From: an uncultured Candidatus Binatia bacterium
Lineage (GTDB): Bacteria > Desulfobacterota > Binatia > UBA9968 > CAXXLF01
Assembly (NCBI GenBank): GCA_965218425.1
Contig: OZ244621.1
Location: 160,001-224,000, forward strand
Direction: 5' to 3'
DNA: 64,000 nt
Part shown: piece by piece, positions 1 to 10,390 of the stretch
Layout of the letters: every line of letters starts with the position of its first letter
How positions within the stretch are numbered: the first letter of the stretch is position 1
The notes under the pieces: model-generated
Told to the model about the DNA's origin: nothing
Databases searched by the model: none
Seen by the model: only the letters and a program-made list of their open reading frames with translations
Translations under genes and position numbers: made by a program

Positions 1-2
1 TC

Positions 3-962
3 GATGCCGCGGCCGCGACGACTGCGGCGGAACGTCTTGTGACTGCGGACAAGGTAAAGGGCATCGTGGGCGGCGACTGCTCCGGCGTTACCGGCGCGAT
101 CCTTCAAAAGGTGGCGCGTCCGAACGGCATCGTCATGATTTCGCCATCGGCGACCAGCCCCGCGCTTTCGACCGCGAAAGATGACGGGCTTTTCTTCCGT
201 ACCGCGCCGTCCGACGCTCGCCAGGGCCAGGTCATGGCCAAAATAATCATGGATCGCGGCATCAAGACCGTTGCCCTTACCTACACCAACAACGATTACG
301 GCAAAGGGCTTGCCGAATCCTTCAAGTCGGCGTTCGAAACCGCTGGCGGCAAAATCACGATCAATGCCGCGCATGAGGATGGCAAGGCCGATTATTCCGC
401 GGAAGTCGGCGCGCTGGCCTCGGCGGGCGGAGAGGTACTCGTCGTGGCCGGCTATCTTGACCAAGGCGGCCTCGGAATCATCCGGACGTCGCTCGACACG
501 GATGCCTTCAGAACTTTCGTCCTGCCCGACGGCATGGTCGGTGAATCGCTGGTCAAAGCCGTCGGTTCCGATCTCAGCGGCTCTTTCGGCCAGCATCCCG
601 GAACCGACAGCCCCGGCGCAGCATTGATCGTCAAGTTGGGCAAGGAGAACGGTTTCAAGGGCGACACCCCGTTTGTTCCGGAATCCTATGATGCGGCCGC
701 GCTCATCATTCTGGCCATGCAGGCGGCCGGCTCCTCGGACCCTGCGGCCTACAAGAGCAAGGTGATGAACGTCGCCAATGCTCCTGGGGAAAAAATTTTC
801 CCCGGCGAACTCGGAAAGGCGCTGCAGATACTCAAGGACGGCGGCGATATCGACTATGTCGGCGGGTCGGCCGTCGAGTTGATCGGCGCCGGAGAATCCA
901 GGGGCAACTACCGTGAAATCGAAATAAAGAAGGGCAAGATCGTCACGGTACGCTACTTCTGA
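3..962 (+). CDS. Branched-chain amino acid ABC transporter substrate-binding protein (5' truncated by window edge)
   Basis: Open frame from window start; LivJ/K-type motifs (ISPSATSPALS, FFRTAPSD, NNDYGKG, YDAA); precedes livG/F/H/M-like genes. Confidence 0.9.
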   Translation, partial: DAAAATTAAERLVTADKVKGIVGGDCSGVTGAILQKVARPNGIVMISPSATSPALSTAKDDGLFFRTAPSDARQGQVMAKIIMDRGIKTVALTYTNNDYGKGLAESFKSAFETAGGKITINAAHEDGKADYSAEVGALASAGGEVLVVAGYLDQGGLGIIRTSLDTDAFRTFVLPDGMVGESLVKAVGSDLSGSFGQHPGTDSPGAALIVKLGKENGFKGDTPFVPESYDAAALIILAMQAAGSSDPAAYKSKVMNVANAPGEKIFPGELGKALQILKDGGDIDYVGGSAVELIGAGESRGNYREIEIKKGKIVTVRYF

Positions 963-1039
963 TGCCGGCGATGCTGTCACATCGAGCCAGCGGCACGGAC
1001 CGGTCCTTTTGGCCGCCGGTCCACGCATAGCGCCAGCGG

Positions 1040-1816
1040 ATGATTACCGTCCAGAACGTTTACAAGCATTTCGGGGGCGTACACGCGGTCGATGGGGTGT
1101 CTCTCGCGATCGCTCAAAACACGATCACCGGGCTCATCGGCCCCAACGGGGCCGGCAAGACGACGCTGTTCAATATCATCGCCGGGATGTACCGGCCGGA
1201 TTCGGGCAGTATACGTATGGCCGACGAGGACATCACGGGGCTGCCGTCTCACGAACTTTTCAAAAAGGGGCTTCTCCGCACATTCCAGATCGCCCACGAA
1301 TTCTTCTCCATGACCGTACGCGAAAACCTGATGATGGTTCCCGCCGGCCAGTCGGGAGAAAGCCTCATCTCGGCCTGGTTCCGCCCCGCGCGGGTAGCCG
1401 AAGAGGAACGGACCCTGGCCGCGAGAGCCGGGGAAGTCATGGAATTCCTTACCATCGGTCATCTCGCCGACGAACGCGCCGGAAACCTGTCGGGCGGGCA
1501 AAAGAAGCTTCTCGAGCTGGGCCGGACGATGATGGCGGAGGCCCGGATGGTCTTCCTCGACGAGGTCGGCGCAGGCGTGAATCCGACGCTGATGAAAACC
1601 ATCGGAGAGTCGATCGTCAGGCTCAATCGGGAGCGCGGCTATACCTTCTGCATGATCGAGCACAACATGGATACGATATCGAGTCTCTGCGATCCGGTTA
1701 TCGTGATGGCGGAGGGCAAGGTGTTGGTGGAGGGTTCGGCGAAAGAGGTGATGGCGAACGAAGAGGTTATCATGAAATATCTCGGCAGCGGGTTTTCCGG
1801 AGACGGTCCGGCATGA
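1040..1816 (+). CDS. livG: Branched-chain amino acid ABC transporter ATP-binding protein (LivG-like)
   Basis: Walker A GPNGAGKT, RTFQ, LSGGQ signature, LDE, IEH. Confidence 0.88.
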   Translation: MITVQNVYKHFGGVHAVDGVSLAIAQNTITGLIGPNGAGKTTLFNIIAGMYRPDSGSIRMADEDITGLPSHELFKKGLLRTFQIAHEFFSMTVRENLMMVPAGQSGESLISAWFRPARVAEEERTLAARAGEVMEFLTIGHLADERAGNLSGGQKKLLELGRTMMAEARMVFLDEVGAGVNPTLMKTIGESIVRLNRERGYTFCMIEHNMDTISSLCDPVIVMAEGKVLVEGSAKEVMANEEVIMKYLGSGFSGDGPA

Positions 1817-2517
1817 GCCTGCTCGTCGGAAAGAACATGACCGGAGGATACGGCGGCGTCGATATCCTCGACGGCTGCACGATCGCCGCCGAAACAGGCC
1901 AGATATCGGTGATCGTCGGTCCCAATGGAGCCGGAAAATCGACCGCGATGAAAGCGATCTTCGGGATGATCGACCTTCGCCGGGGATCGGTGCGGTTGCA
2001 GGGGGAAGACATAACCCGGCTTTCGCCCCGGGGCCGGGTGTCGAAAGGGATGGCTTTCGTTCCCCAGACCGACAACGTGTTCACGTCAATGACGGTGGAG
2101 GAAAACCTCGAAATGGGGGCCTTCCTTCGTCGCGACAACATCATGGAAACGATGGAACAGATCTACGAACTGTTCCCGGTCCTCAAGGACAAGCGGCGGC
2201 AACTTGCCGGCGAGCTGTCCGGAGGGCAGCGTCAGCAGGTCGCCATCGGCCGCGGCCTCATGACGCAGCCGAAGGTCCTGATGCTCGACGAGCCGACCGC
2301 GGGGGTCTCGCCGATCGTTCGGGACGAGATCATGTTCCGGATCATGGAAATTGTCCGCACCGGGGTCTCGATCCTGATGGTCGAGCAGAATGCGAGGCAG
2401 GCTCTGGCCATCGCCGACGCCGGCTATGTCCTCGTCCAGGGCCGAAACCATTATACGGATGAGGGAACCAATCTGCTCATCAACCCCGATGTCCGGAAGT
2501 CGTTCCTCGGACAGTGA
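1813..2517 (+). CDS. livF: Branched-chain amino acid ABC transporter ATP-binding protein (LivF-like)
   Basis: ATG at 1813 overlaps the previous stop (ATGA); GPNGAGKS, LSGGQRQ, LDEP, VEQNARQAL. Confidence 0.88.
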   Translation: MSLLVGKNMTGGYGGVDILDGCTIAAETGQISVIVGPNGAGKSTAMKAIFGMIDLRRGSVRLQGEDITRLSPRGRVSKGMAFVPQTDNVFTSMTVEENLEMGAFLRRDNIMETMEQIYELFPVLKDKRRQLAGELSGGQRQQVAIGRGLMTQPKVLMLDEPTAGVSPIVRDEIMFRIMEIVRTGVSILMVEQNARQALAIADAGYVLVQGRNHYTDEGTNLLINPDVRKSFLGQ

Positions 2518-2520
2518 ACG

Positions 2521-3531
2521 ATGGATTTCCTGAACGCGGTCATCGTCCTGTGCAACTTCGTGATTATTCCGGCGACCGCCTATGGCTGCCAGCTTGCCCT
2601 TGGCGCGCTCGGGGTCACGCTGGTTTACGGGGTTCTGCGATTTTCCAACTTTGCCCATGGCGACATCATGGCCTTCGGCACGATGATTACGATCCTCGTG
2701 ACCTGGTGGTTGCAGGCGTCCGGCGTGTCTCTTGGCGTTCTGCCGACGGCGCTGCTCGCCCTTCCGGTCGGAATCGCCGCGGCTGCCGCCTTGTTGCTGG
2801 TCACGGATCGGATCGTCTACCGGTTCCACCGGCGCCGCAAGAGCGACGCGATGATATTCATGATCGCCTCCATCGGCGTCATGTTCGTTTTCAACGGTAT
2901 CGTCCGCCTGGTCATCGGCCCGGAGCATCAGCGCTTTGCCGACGGCGCCCGGTTTATCGTCAGGGCGCGTGAGTTCAAGAAAGCGACCGGGCTTTCCGAA
3001 GGTTTCACGATCAATGTGCCGCAGTCCATCACCGTCGTTGCCGCCGTGATCGCCGTCGCGGTCCTGTTCTGGTTCATCGGACGGACCCGCACCGGAAAAT
3101 CCATGCGGGCGATGGCCGATAACGAGGATCTCGCAAATCTGTGCGGTATCAATGCCGAGCGGGTGATCGCGGTCACCTGGATACTCACCGCGGCGCTCGC
3201 CACCACGGCCGGCGTGCTGTACGGCCTGGACAAGGGCTTCAAGCCTTTCACCTACTTCCAACTCCTCCTGCCGATATTCGCCGCGGCGATCGTCGGCGGA
3301 CTCGGCAATCCGGTCGGTGCCATCGCGGGAGGCTTCGTGGTCGCTTTCTCCGAAATATCGATTACCTACGCTTTTAAGAAATTTCTCGGCTATATTCTGC
3401 CGGAGAGCATGAGGCCCGAAAGCCTCGTCCAGATTCTTTCGACCGATTACAAGCTGGCGGTTTCTTTCGGCATCCTTATTCTCGTTCTCATGTTCAGGCC
3501 GACTGGCCTTATCAGGCGTGGATCGAAGTGA
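2521..3531 (+). CDS. livH: Branched-chain amino acid ABC transporter permease (LivH-like)
   Basis: NFAHGD motif, GKSMRAMADN, GGLGNP; multiple hydrophobic segments. Confidence 0.88.
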   Translation: MDFLNAVIVLCNFVIIPATAYGCQLALGALGVTLVYGVLRFSNFAHGDIMAFGTMITILVTWWLQASGVSLGVLPTALLALPVGIAAAAALLLVTDRIVYRFHRRRKSDAMIFMIASIGVMFVFNGIVRLVIGPEHQRFADGARFIVRAREFKKATGLSEGFTINVPQSITVVAAVIAVAVLFWFIGRTRTGKSMRAMADNEDLANLCGINAERVIAVTWILTAALATTAGVLYGLDKGFKPFTYFQLLLPIFAAAIVGGLGNPVGAIAGGFVVAFSEISITYAFKKFLGYILPESMRPESLVQILSTDYKLAVSFGILILVLMFRPTGLIRRGSK

Positions 3532-4826
3532 ACTGGAAAAACACCGCCCTGTTCGCGGCCGTCTTTGCGCTGCTCATTCTCGTCGGTCTGGTGCAGAGTT
3601 GGTCCGTTGCGCTGACGATTCTCAACCTGTGCCTGATCTCGGCGATCATGAGCCTCGGGCTCAATGCCCAATGGGGGTATGCGGGTCTGTTCAACTTCGG
3701 AACAATGGGCTTCGTTGCGCTGGGCGGCGTGGCCACCGTCATCGTTGGCATGCCGCCGGTTGGAGCGGCCTGGGCCGCGGGAGGATTGCAGGTGACCGCC
3801 GCGCTGCTGCTTGGCGGCGGAACCGTTACTGGCGCGATATTCCTCTGGAGACGGATGGCTCCCGGACGCCGGCGCTGGTTCACGCTCATTGCAATCCTGG
3901 TCGCCGGCGGTTACTTGTTCCGATCTGTCTTGGATCCGGCGGTCGCCGCCATTGAAAGGGTGAATCCCGCCGCTGCCGGTTATCTCGGCGGGCTCGGCCT
4001 TCCAATTCTTATTTCCTGGCCCGTCGGCGGGCTGCTGGCGGCGAGTGCCGCCTGGGTCGTCGGCAAGATGACGCTGGGGTTTCGTACGGATTACCTGGCC
4101 ATCGCTACGTTCGGAATCGCCGAAATCATCATTATTGTCATAAAGAACGAAGACTGGCTTGCCCGCGGCGTCAAAAACGTCGTCGGTCTTCCCCGTCCGG
4201 TCGCCTACGAGGTCGATCTTCAGAAATCGGAAGCCTTCCTCGGATGGGCGTCGCGTCTCGGCATGGACCCGGTCGATCTGTCATCGGCATATGTGAAACT
4301 GTCCTATGCCGCCCTTTTCGCCGCCGTGCTGTTGGTTCTGCTGTGGCTGTCCCAGAAAGCGCTCAATTCGCCCTGGGGGCGGATGATGCGCGCCATCCGC
4401 GACAACGAGATCGCGGCGGAAGCCATGGGAAAGAACGTAGCCGCTCGACACCTGCAGACATTCATTCTGGGCTCGGCCGTCTGCGGCATCGCGGGCGCGA
4501 TGATCACCACGCTGGACGGCCAGCTCACCCCCGGCTCTTACCAGCCTCTGCGTTTCACGTTCCTGGTCTGGGTCATGGTGATCCTCGGCGGCTCCGGAAA
4601 CAACTGGGGTGCCGTTCTCGGAGGCATGATTGTTTGGTTTTTTTGGGTAGAGGTCGAACCGGTAGGGCTGTGGCTGATGGACGTAGTTACCGCAGGCCTG
4701 CCGGAAGGCAGCGGCTTACGCGCCCACTTGCTGAGCTCGGCCGCCTACATGCGGCTGTTAACGATGGGCGTTATTCTTCTTCTTGTTCTAAGATTCTTTC
4801 CGCGCGGACTTATTCCGGAAAAGTGA
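3528..4826 (+). CDS. livM: Branched-chain amino acid ABC transporter permease (LivM-like)
   Basis: GLNAQWGYAGLFNFG, DYLAIAT, SPWGRMMRAIRDNE, LGGSGN. Confidence 0.88.
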   Translation: MNWKNTALFAAVFALLILVGLVQSWSVALTILNLCLISAIMSLGLNAQWGYAGLFNFGTMGFVALGGVATVIVGMPPVGAAWAAGGLQVTAALLLGGGTVTGAIFLWRRMAPGRRRWFTLIAILVAGGYLFRSVLDPAVAAIERVNPAAAGYLGGLGLPILISWPVGGLLAASAAWVVGKMTLGFRTDYLAIATFGIAEIIIIVIKNEDWLARGVKNVVGLPRPVAYEVDLQKSEAFLGWASRLGMDPVDLSSAYVKLSYAALFAAVLLVLLWLSQKALNSPWGRMMRAIRDNEIAAEAMGKNVAARHLQTFILGSAVCGIAGAMITTLDGQLTPGSYQPLRFTFLVWVMVILGGSGNNWGAVLGGMIVWFFWVEVEPVGLWLMDVVTAGLPEGSGLRAHLLSSAAYMRLLTMGVILLLVLRFFPRGLIPEK

Positions 4827-5289
4827 AACCCGCGACAGGCAACCGAAACGTCCGCTGACAGTTCCTGTTTATTCTGCCCATAATCGCTGAGGATTGCACG
4901 GTTCGCGCCTCCGGCAGGGTCATGGTCTCGGCGTTGCCGACGGTGGCGAAGCGGATGCGGCCTCGCACCATGCGGCAGAGAATGAAGGAATCGACGACCA
5001 CTCGCTGGTCGCTTGATTGTCAGCTACGGAGCGTTGTGGAAGTTTCCTGATGACGCGGGCATCCGCTTTAAAAAAGCCTGCATGCCGCCGAGGATTGTAG
5101 AAGCCATCGATGTATCGGCCAATGGCAATCCCGGCGTGGCGTCTTGGCGTGAAAACCTTTGTTAAGGTGCCGCCGGGTCAGGTGAACCAATGCCATGAGC
5201 GCAAGTTCCTCCCGGAAATGTTGACTGTGTGTCCCCGGATTCCTTCCTGGTGATAAGCATTAAGACGCTGATGAAAGTAAGCCACCCCT

Positions 5290-5500
5290 GCGCCCACCAA
5301 CGCTACCAGCCAGCTCACATAGACCCAAAATCAAGAAGATTACGAGAATAACAAAACTGGAATAGAGGGCATCGTTGCGAGCCATCTTGGCAGCGAACAA
5401 GGTGAACAACACCCCCGCCAACTGCCAGAGGATACCGGCAACCACACCGCCGAATTGGTGCGCACTTGGGTGTAGGGAATGAATCTAAGGTTTCCAGATT
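5290..5500 (-). pseudogene. YihY/BrkB family membrane protein fragment (frameshifted)
   Basis: Adjacent frames give RFIPYTQVRTNSAV and VAGILWQLAGVLFTLF...ALYSSFVILVIFLI, resembling the YihY C-terminal half. Confidence 0.5.
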
Positions 5501-5675
5501 CCTTTGAAAGATCCTCTCTCCACGTGGTCGGTAATCCATCTTTGTTAGATCCAAACGGAAAGCAGTGTGAAGGATTCCACCCCTGCTGTGACACCCATTA
5601 AAGATAAAGATCGGGGCAAGAAATATGCCAAAAATACAGGTTTGGAATGACTTGATTTCGCGGGCACCGGGCCCC

Positions 5676-6769
5676 TATTGATCCTCGTATAATATAATGA
5701 CATCAGAAAAGGCTGGACTGTTTCCAGAAGGCGGTAACGAGACGAGGCCTGCGGCGCATTCGGCAAAGGGCCCGACGAGCATGGTGGCTGAGTTGAGCGA
5801 AGTCCTTGGCACAGAAGTTGGGCAGTTCATGATGCTTCCAGTATCCCCAGAGGTATTCGACGGGATTCAGTTCCGGTGCATAGGCCGGCAACCGTTCCAG
5901 CACCAACGCGCCTTCGGTAGCGGCAACAAAGTCCCGAACCAACCGGCTCCGGTGGCTGGGCAGTCCGTCCCACACTACCAGCAGCGGCCCGGAAACATGA
6001 CGCATCAAGTGCTTCAGGAATTCGATGATCTGGGGGCTCTTGATGGCTCCCGGATACACTCGAAAGTACAAGCGCCACCAGGTGACTCCGGCGATGGCCG
6101 ACAGACTCTTCCAGTTGAAGTGATATTGCAGCACTGGCGTCTGTCCTCGGGGCGACCACGTACGATACCGATTCGGCCGCTCGCTCAGCCCGCTTTCGTC
6201 CACGAACACTATGGTTCGCCCCTCGTTTCGGGCTTTTTTTTAATCTCCGGCCAGCGCTTCTTCTTCCACTGCCGGATCGCCTCTTCATCTCGTTCCAAGG
6301 CACGTCCCGTCGGCCGCTGGCAACTCCACCCCAACTGCCGCAATATCCGCCAAACATAGCCCGGATGGTATGTGACTCCGCAGGCTTCCCCAATCAAGTG
6401 GGCCACTCGCCTTGCGGTCCACAGGCTCGTGTCGTACCCCAGCGCTTCGGGTCCCCGTTTCAAACCGCCCTCGATCTTCTTCAGATCCGCCGGGCTCAGT
6501 CGCGGCTTGCGTCCGGCACGCCCCGCCTGCTTGAGCCCGGCTCTGCCGCTCTCGGCCAACTGCCGCGCCCATCGATTCACCGACTGGCGGTGCACTCCCA
6601 CCCAACGCGCCACCTCCGCCTCCGACAGCCCTCGCTTCAACAGCCTCCCCGCCTCCATCCGCCGCCGCTCCAATGCTTCAAAGTCCCGTCGCACTCCAAG
6701 TGGGTTTCCCATACCACCACTATACATTAAGTTCTTATCCAATGTCATTATATTATGCGGCTCTCCATA
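5676..6769 (-). mobile_element. IS630 family insertion sequence, copy 1
   Basis: HTH ORF plus DDE ORF (VDESG, WDGLPSH, PAYAPELNPVE) joined at an A8G run; TA at both ends; imperfect ~25-bp terminal IRs. Confidence 0.95.
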
Positions 6770-6902
6770 GGGGCCCCCACCCACAAGACCCCGTGAACGC
6801 CGGTCAGGAACCGCTTCGAGACTGCAGCCAACTTCTTGGATTGACATCCACTCCTACTTGCGATAAGGACACCTTAAAAATTGAGTTGAAAAGGAGAAAG
6901 TT

Positions 6903-8102
6903 ATGAGTAGGATTCTGACAGCGATCAAGCAGAGAGGTTTTATGGGACGAGCTGCGTTGGGCGTGTTATCGCTGGGACTCGCCGCGGTTTGCGGCGCAGG
7001 ACCCGCGGCGGCTCAGGCAACTTTCGAGGAAAGGTGGCAAAAGCTGATCAAGGCCGCGCAAAAGGAAGCTGAGGTGGTGGTCAACTCGCCGGGCGGTAAG
7101 GTGCGGCCTAAGGTCCGGGCAGCCAAACCATTCCAAAAAAAGTTTGGTATAAAAGTCGTTATAAGGAAGGGCAGGGGCGAGTTGGTACAACAGATTAGGG
7201 CTGAGTATGCCGCGGGGAAACACTTGTCTGATGTCTGGGTGGGAGGTCACCGCCAAAATGCCACCGCTCTCGGACGCGACGGGATCATACAGCCCTTGGA
7301 ACCGCTGCTTTTCCATCCCGAAACGGATCGTTCCCACTTTTTTGGCCGCAAGTATTGGTGGTCTGACACGCAGCGGAAGTACTCTATGCTGTTCATCGCT
7401 ACTCCCACGACTTTGATGTCCTATAACACCAAGCTGGTGGATCCTAGCAAGTTTAATTCGTTCTGGGACCTTTTGCGGCCGGAATACAAGGGCAAGATCG
7501 CTGTCAACGAGCCCGATCCGGGTTCCAGCGCCAACGGCGTGCTGATTTTCATGTGGGCGAACAAAAACCTGGGCCCCAAGTATGTTCGCCGGCTAATCGA
7601 ATTCGCGGATGCCGGTAACGGAATCTTCGGAGAATGTCGGCAGGTCATCAACAAAATGGCCTTGGGCATCTATCCTCTGAGTCAGTTCTGCTACTCGGAC
7701 GTGTTGCGGGCACGCAGAAAGCAGGGTCTTCCAGTGAATAACCGAAGCTCAGCCAACCCATTCGTAGAAGGGTCAATCGTCACCGCCGGCGGAGGGGGTG
7801 CCCTCAGCGTTCTTGCCAAGCCACCGCATCCAAACGCTGCTAAGCTCTATGTCAATTGGTGGCTAACCCGTGAAGGCCAGACTCACTTCCAACAGGCCAC
7901 AGCGGACGGCGGTAAGTATTACACTTCCGCGCGTACGGATATACCAACAGATATGGTCGCGCCGCAACGCAGACGTGGCCCCGAAGTGCGGGCGGACACG
8001 GCTTTTTTCACCATGGCGAACCCAAACGCCACCAAATGGGGCCAGGAAGTCAACAAATTCTGGTTTAAGGTGCGGGCGGAAATGCGAGCTGAAAAGAAGT
8101 AA
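6903..8102 (+). CDS. ABC transporter extracellular solute-binding protein (AfuA/FbpA-like clan)
   Basis: Signal peptide; AAQKE, YNTKLV, WDLLRPEYKGKI, PPHPNAAKLYVNWWLTREGQ motifs; AGGAG RBS. Confidence 0.85.
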   Translation: MSRILTAIKQRGFMGRAALGVLSLGLAAVCGAGPAAAQATFEERWQKLIKAAQKEAEVVVNSPGGKVRPKVRAAKPFQKKFGIKVVIRKGRGELVQQIRAEYAAGKHLSDVWVGGHRQNATALGRDGIIQPLEPLLFHPETDRSHFFGRKYWWSDTQRKYSMLFIATPTTLMSYNTKLVDPSKFNSFWDLLRPEYKGKIAVNEPDPGSSANGVLIFMWANKNLGPKYVRRLIEFADAGNGIFGECRQVINKMALGIYPLSQFCYSDVLRARRKQGLPVNNRSSANPFVEGSIVTAGGGGALSVLAKPPHPNAAKLYVNWWLTREGQTHFQQATADGGKYYTSARTDIPTDMVAPQRRRGPEVRADTAFFTMANPNATKWGQEVNKFWFKVRAEMRAEKK

Positions 8103-8182
8103 TATCCTTAAACCGCAGGTGGTTACGGGTCTGGCCAGCCTCATCCAGAGGCCAGGCCCGCCCCACCGCAAGAGTGCCACCC

Positions 8183-9928
8183 ATGACTGACACCACCCTC
8201 CGGCCCGCTCTTCGTGCTCGGTTTGGGCTGCGGGTTCCTGGTTCCCGAGTGGGCCTGTTCATTATGTTCGTCCTGATCGTGATTGTCGGGACGTGGGTAC
8301 TGCTGCCGATTTCGCTCATCTTCCTCAACAGTTTCAATCTCGCCCCAGCGGGTCAAAGTCCCCAATACTCCCTTGCAAAGTGGGAACTCGCGTTTACCCA
8401 GCCTTATATCTTCCAGGCGCTCTGGAACACAATTTATGTGTGGTTTCTATACACGAGCATCAGCCTGCCCGTGTCTATAGCAGTTGCATGGCTACTGGGG
8501 AGATGTAATGTTCCCCACGCTCACTGGCTTGAGTTTGGGTTCTGGATTTCTTTCTTTTTCCCAAGCCTGACAACCACTTTGGGCTGGCTGCTTTTACTGG
8601 ACCCCGATACGGGGTTTTTGAATCAGCTCCTCGCCCTGCTGCCCTTCGTGGATAAAGGACCGTTCAACGCGTTTAGTCTTCCCTGCATAGTATGGGCTCA
8701 CCTGATGGGCAATGCCATCTCCATAAAGGTAATGCTTCTGACCCCGGCTTTTAGAAACATGGACCTCGCACTCGAGGAAGCGGCCCGCGTGTCCGGAGCG
8801 TCCAAATTAGGCGCTCTCTTCAGGGTTACGTTGCCGGTGATGGTCCCACCCATCGTGATCGTTTTTATGCTGAATTTAATCCGGATATTCCAGTCTTTCG
8901 AGACCGAATTGTTGCTAGGAACGCCTTTCGGATTTTTCAATTACGCCAGCATGATCTTTCGCATGGTCAGAATGATTCAGCCTGCGGACTTCGGAGCTGC
9001 ATCTGCAATGGGCAGCATCACCCTCATTGTGATCGCCATCGTCATCCCGTTGCAACGCTGGCTGACTCAGCGTCGGCGGTACCAGACCGTCACGGGGCGC
9101 ATGAGAACTGGATTGATAGATCTAGGCAGGGCACGCTATCCCATTTTCGTGGCCATACTGTTTTTGGTTGCACTGTTGACCATCATTCCCCTGTTCACGA
9201 TGGTGGCGGCCACCTTCATGGTACGCGCAGGTTTTTGGTACTCGACACCTCTGTTTACCTCCGAACACTGGATCTCACTCTTCGGCGACACGCTCTTTTG
9301 GGATGGTCTCAAAACCACGCTCATTTTAGGCTTGTCTACAGGTTTTCTGAGTCCTTTCTTGTTCTCGATTATGGGATACGTGTTAGCCCGGACACAATGG
9401 CGTGGCAGAGTGGCTCTGGACAGTATTATCTGGACCTCGTCAGCTGTGCCGGGGATGCTCTCGGGGCTGGGACTCATGTGGATGTTTCTGGGTGTACCGT
9501 TTCTCAGGCCGTTGTACGGCAGTATTGTCCCGCTCATATTGGTTGTTGTGTTGGGAGGCAAGCTGATTGGTGTTCAGCTTTCCAAGGCAGTGTTCTTCCA
9601 GATGGGTCAAGATCTCGAAGAGGCCGCGCGCGTATCTGGGGCAGGATGGTTCAGAGCGTATGTACGAATCTGGATCCCTTTGCTGGCACCGACGTTGGCA
9701 TTGCTTGGCGTCATTAACTTTGTGATGGCTGCAGGTACCACAAGCAGCATCATTCTATTGACTGCAGGTAAGACCACCACGTTGTCCATCCTGGCCCTCG
9801 AATGGGCGCGGGATGGACTGCTGGAAGTCGCAAGCGCTTACAATCTGATCATCGTCCTCCTCACCGTGGGTGTAGCTCTGATAGCGCGGGCATTTGGCCT
9901 ACGCGTGGGAATGACTCATAGCATGTAA
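8183..9928 (+). CDS. ABC transporter permease (FbpB-like, two BPD_transp domains)
   Basis: Two EAA loops (LEEAARVSGA), many TM segments. Confidence 0.9.
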   Translation: MTDTTLRPALRARFGLRVPGSRVGLFIMFVLIVIVGTWVLLPISLIFLNSFNLAPAGQSPQYSLAKWELAFTQPYIFQALWNTIYVWFLYTSISLPVSIAVAWLLGRCNVPHAHWLEFGFWISFFFPSLTTTLGWLLLLDPDTGFLNQLLALLPFVDKGPFNAFSLPCIVWAHLMGNAISIKVMLLTPAFRNMDLALEEAARVSGASKLGALFRVTLPVMVPPIVIVFMLNLIRIFQSFETELLLGTPFGFFNYASMIFRMVRMIQPADFGAASAMGSITLIVIAIVIPLQRWLTQRRRYQTVTGRMRTGLIDLGRARYPIFVAILFLVALLTIIPLFTMVAATFMVRAGFWYSTPLFTSEHWISLFGDTLFWDGLKTTLILGLSTGFLSPFLFSIMGYVLARTQWRGRVALDSIIWTSSAVPGMLSGLGLMWMFLGVPFLRPLYGSIVPLILVVVLGGKLIGVQLSKAVFFQMGQDLEEAARVSGAGWFRAYVRIWIPLLAPTLALLGVINFVMAAGTTSSIILLTAGKTTTLSILALEWARDGLLEVASAYNLIIVLLTVGVALIARAFGLRVGMTHSM

Positions 9929-10122
9929 CACGTATCGAGAGGCACAGCTATTTGGAACTGCTGCCAACTATTCGTGGTGCTCAGCAAATGACGCCTACCG
10001 TATAAGGCTGCGTCAATGCTTCTCCACCACTGGAAACTGCTTCCAAGAACCCTAGAGAAAAGGTTGTAATGGAAACCTCATCACCTTGTCCGTATGCCTG
10101 GAACTCTGTTGAACTTGTAATT

Positions 10123-10143
10123 CCCCGTGGTCTTGCCACGGGG
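10123..10143. repeat. GC-rich hairpin resembling an IS200/IS605 end or REP palindrome
   Basis: CCCCGTGG-TCTTG-CCACGGGG perfect 8-bp stem; no TnpA/TnpB nearby. Confidence 0.4.
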
Positions 10144-10216
10144 TTCTTCATTTGCTAGTGCTTGTGACCCGGCGCGTGCTGATCAAGCACCACTTGGAGC
10201 GTACACCTGACTTCTC

Positions 10217-10245
10217 TTGACATCTGAAATTAATTTCAGTATAGC
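10217..10245 (+). promoter_or_regulatory. Sigma70-type promoter with palindromic operator in the spacer
   Basis: TTGACA-17 bp-TATAGC; spacer contains the perfect palindrome CTGAAATTAATTTCAG (10224-10239). Confidence 0.65.
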
Positions 10246-10390
10246 GCGGCAATACTTTCAGAGTTCACCCCAAGTTAATACCTGCCCACGTGTTAACTAC
10301 AATTTTACCGGTGGATCGGAGGATCTGATGAGAACGTTAAACCCAGGAAGCAGTTTAGGTTCCGTTATCCATAATACCCCTCGAGCAAAC

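Noticed and set aside
1009..1812. N-terminal extension of the 502-aa ORF
   Set aside because: Overlaps livG in another frame; the LivF-like sequence begins at ATG 1813
10217..10390. TTG start for the 424-aa SBP
   Set aside because: The TTG is part of the -35 box; the signal peptide begins further downstream
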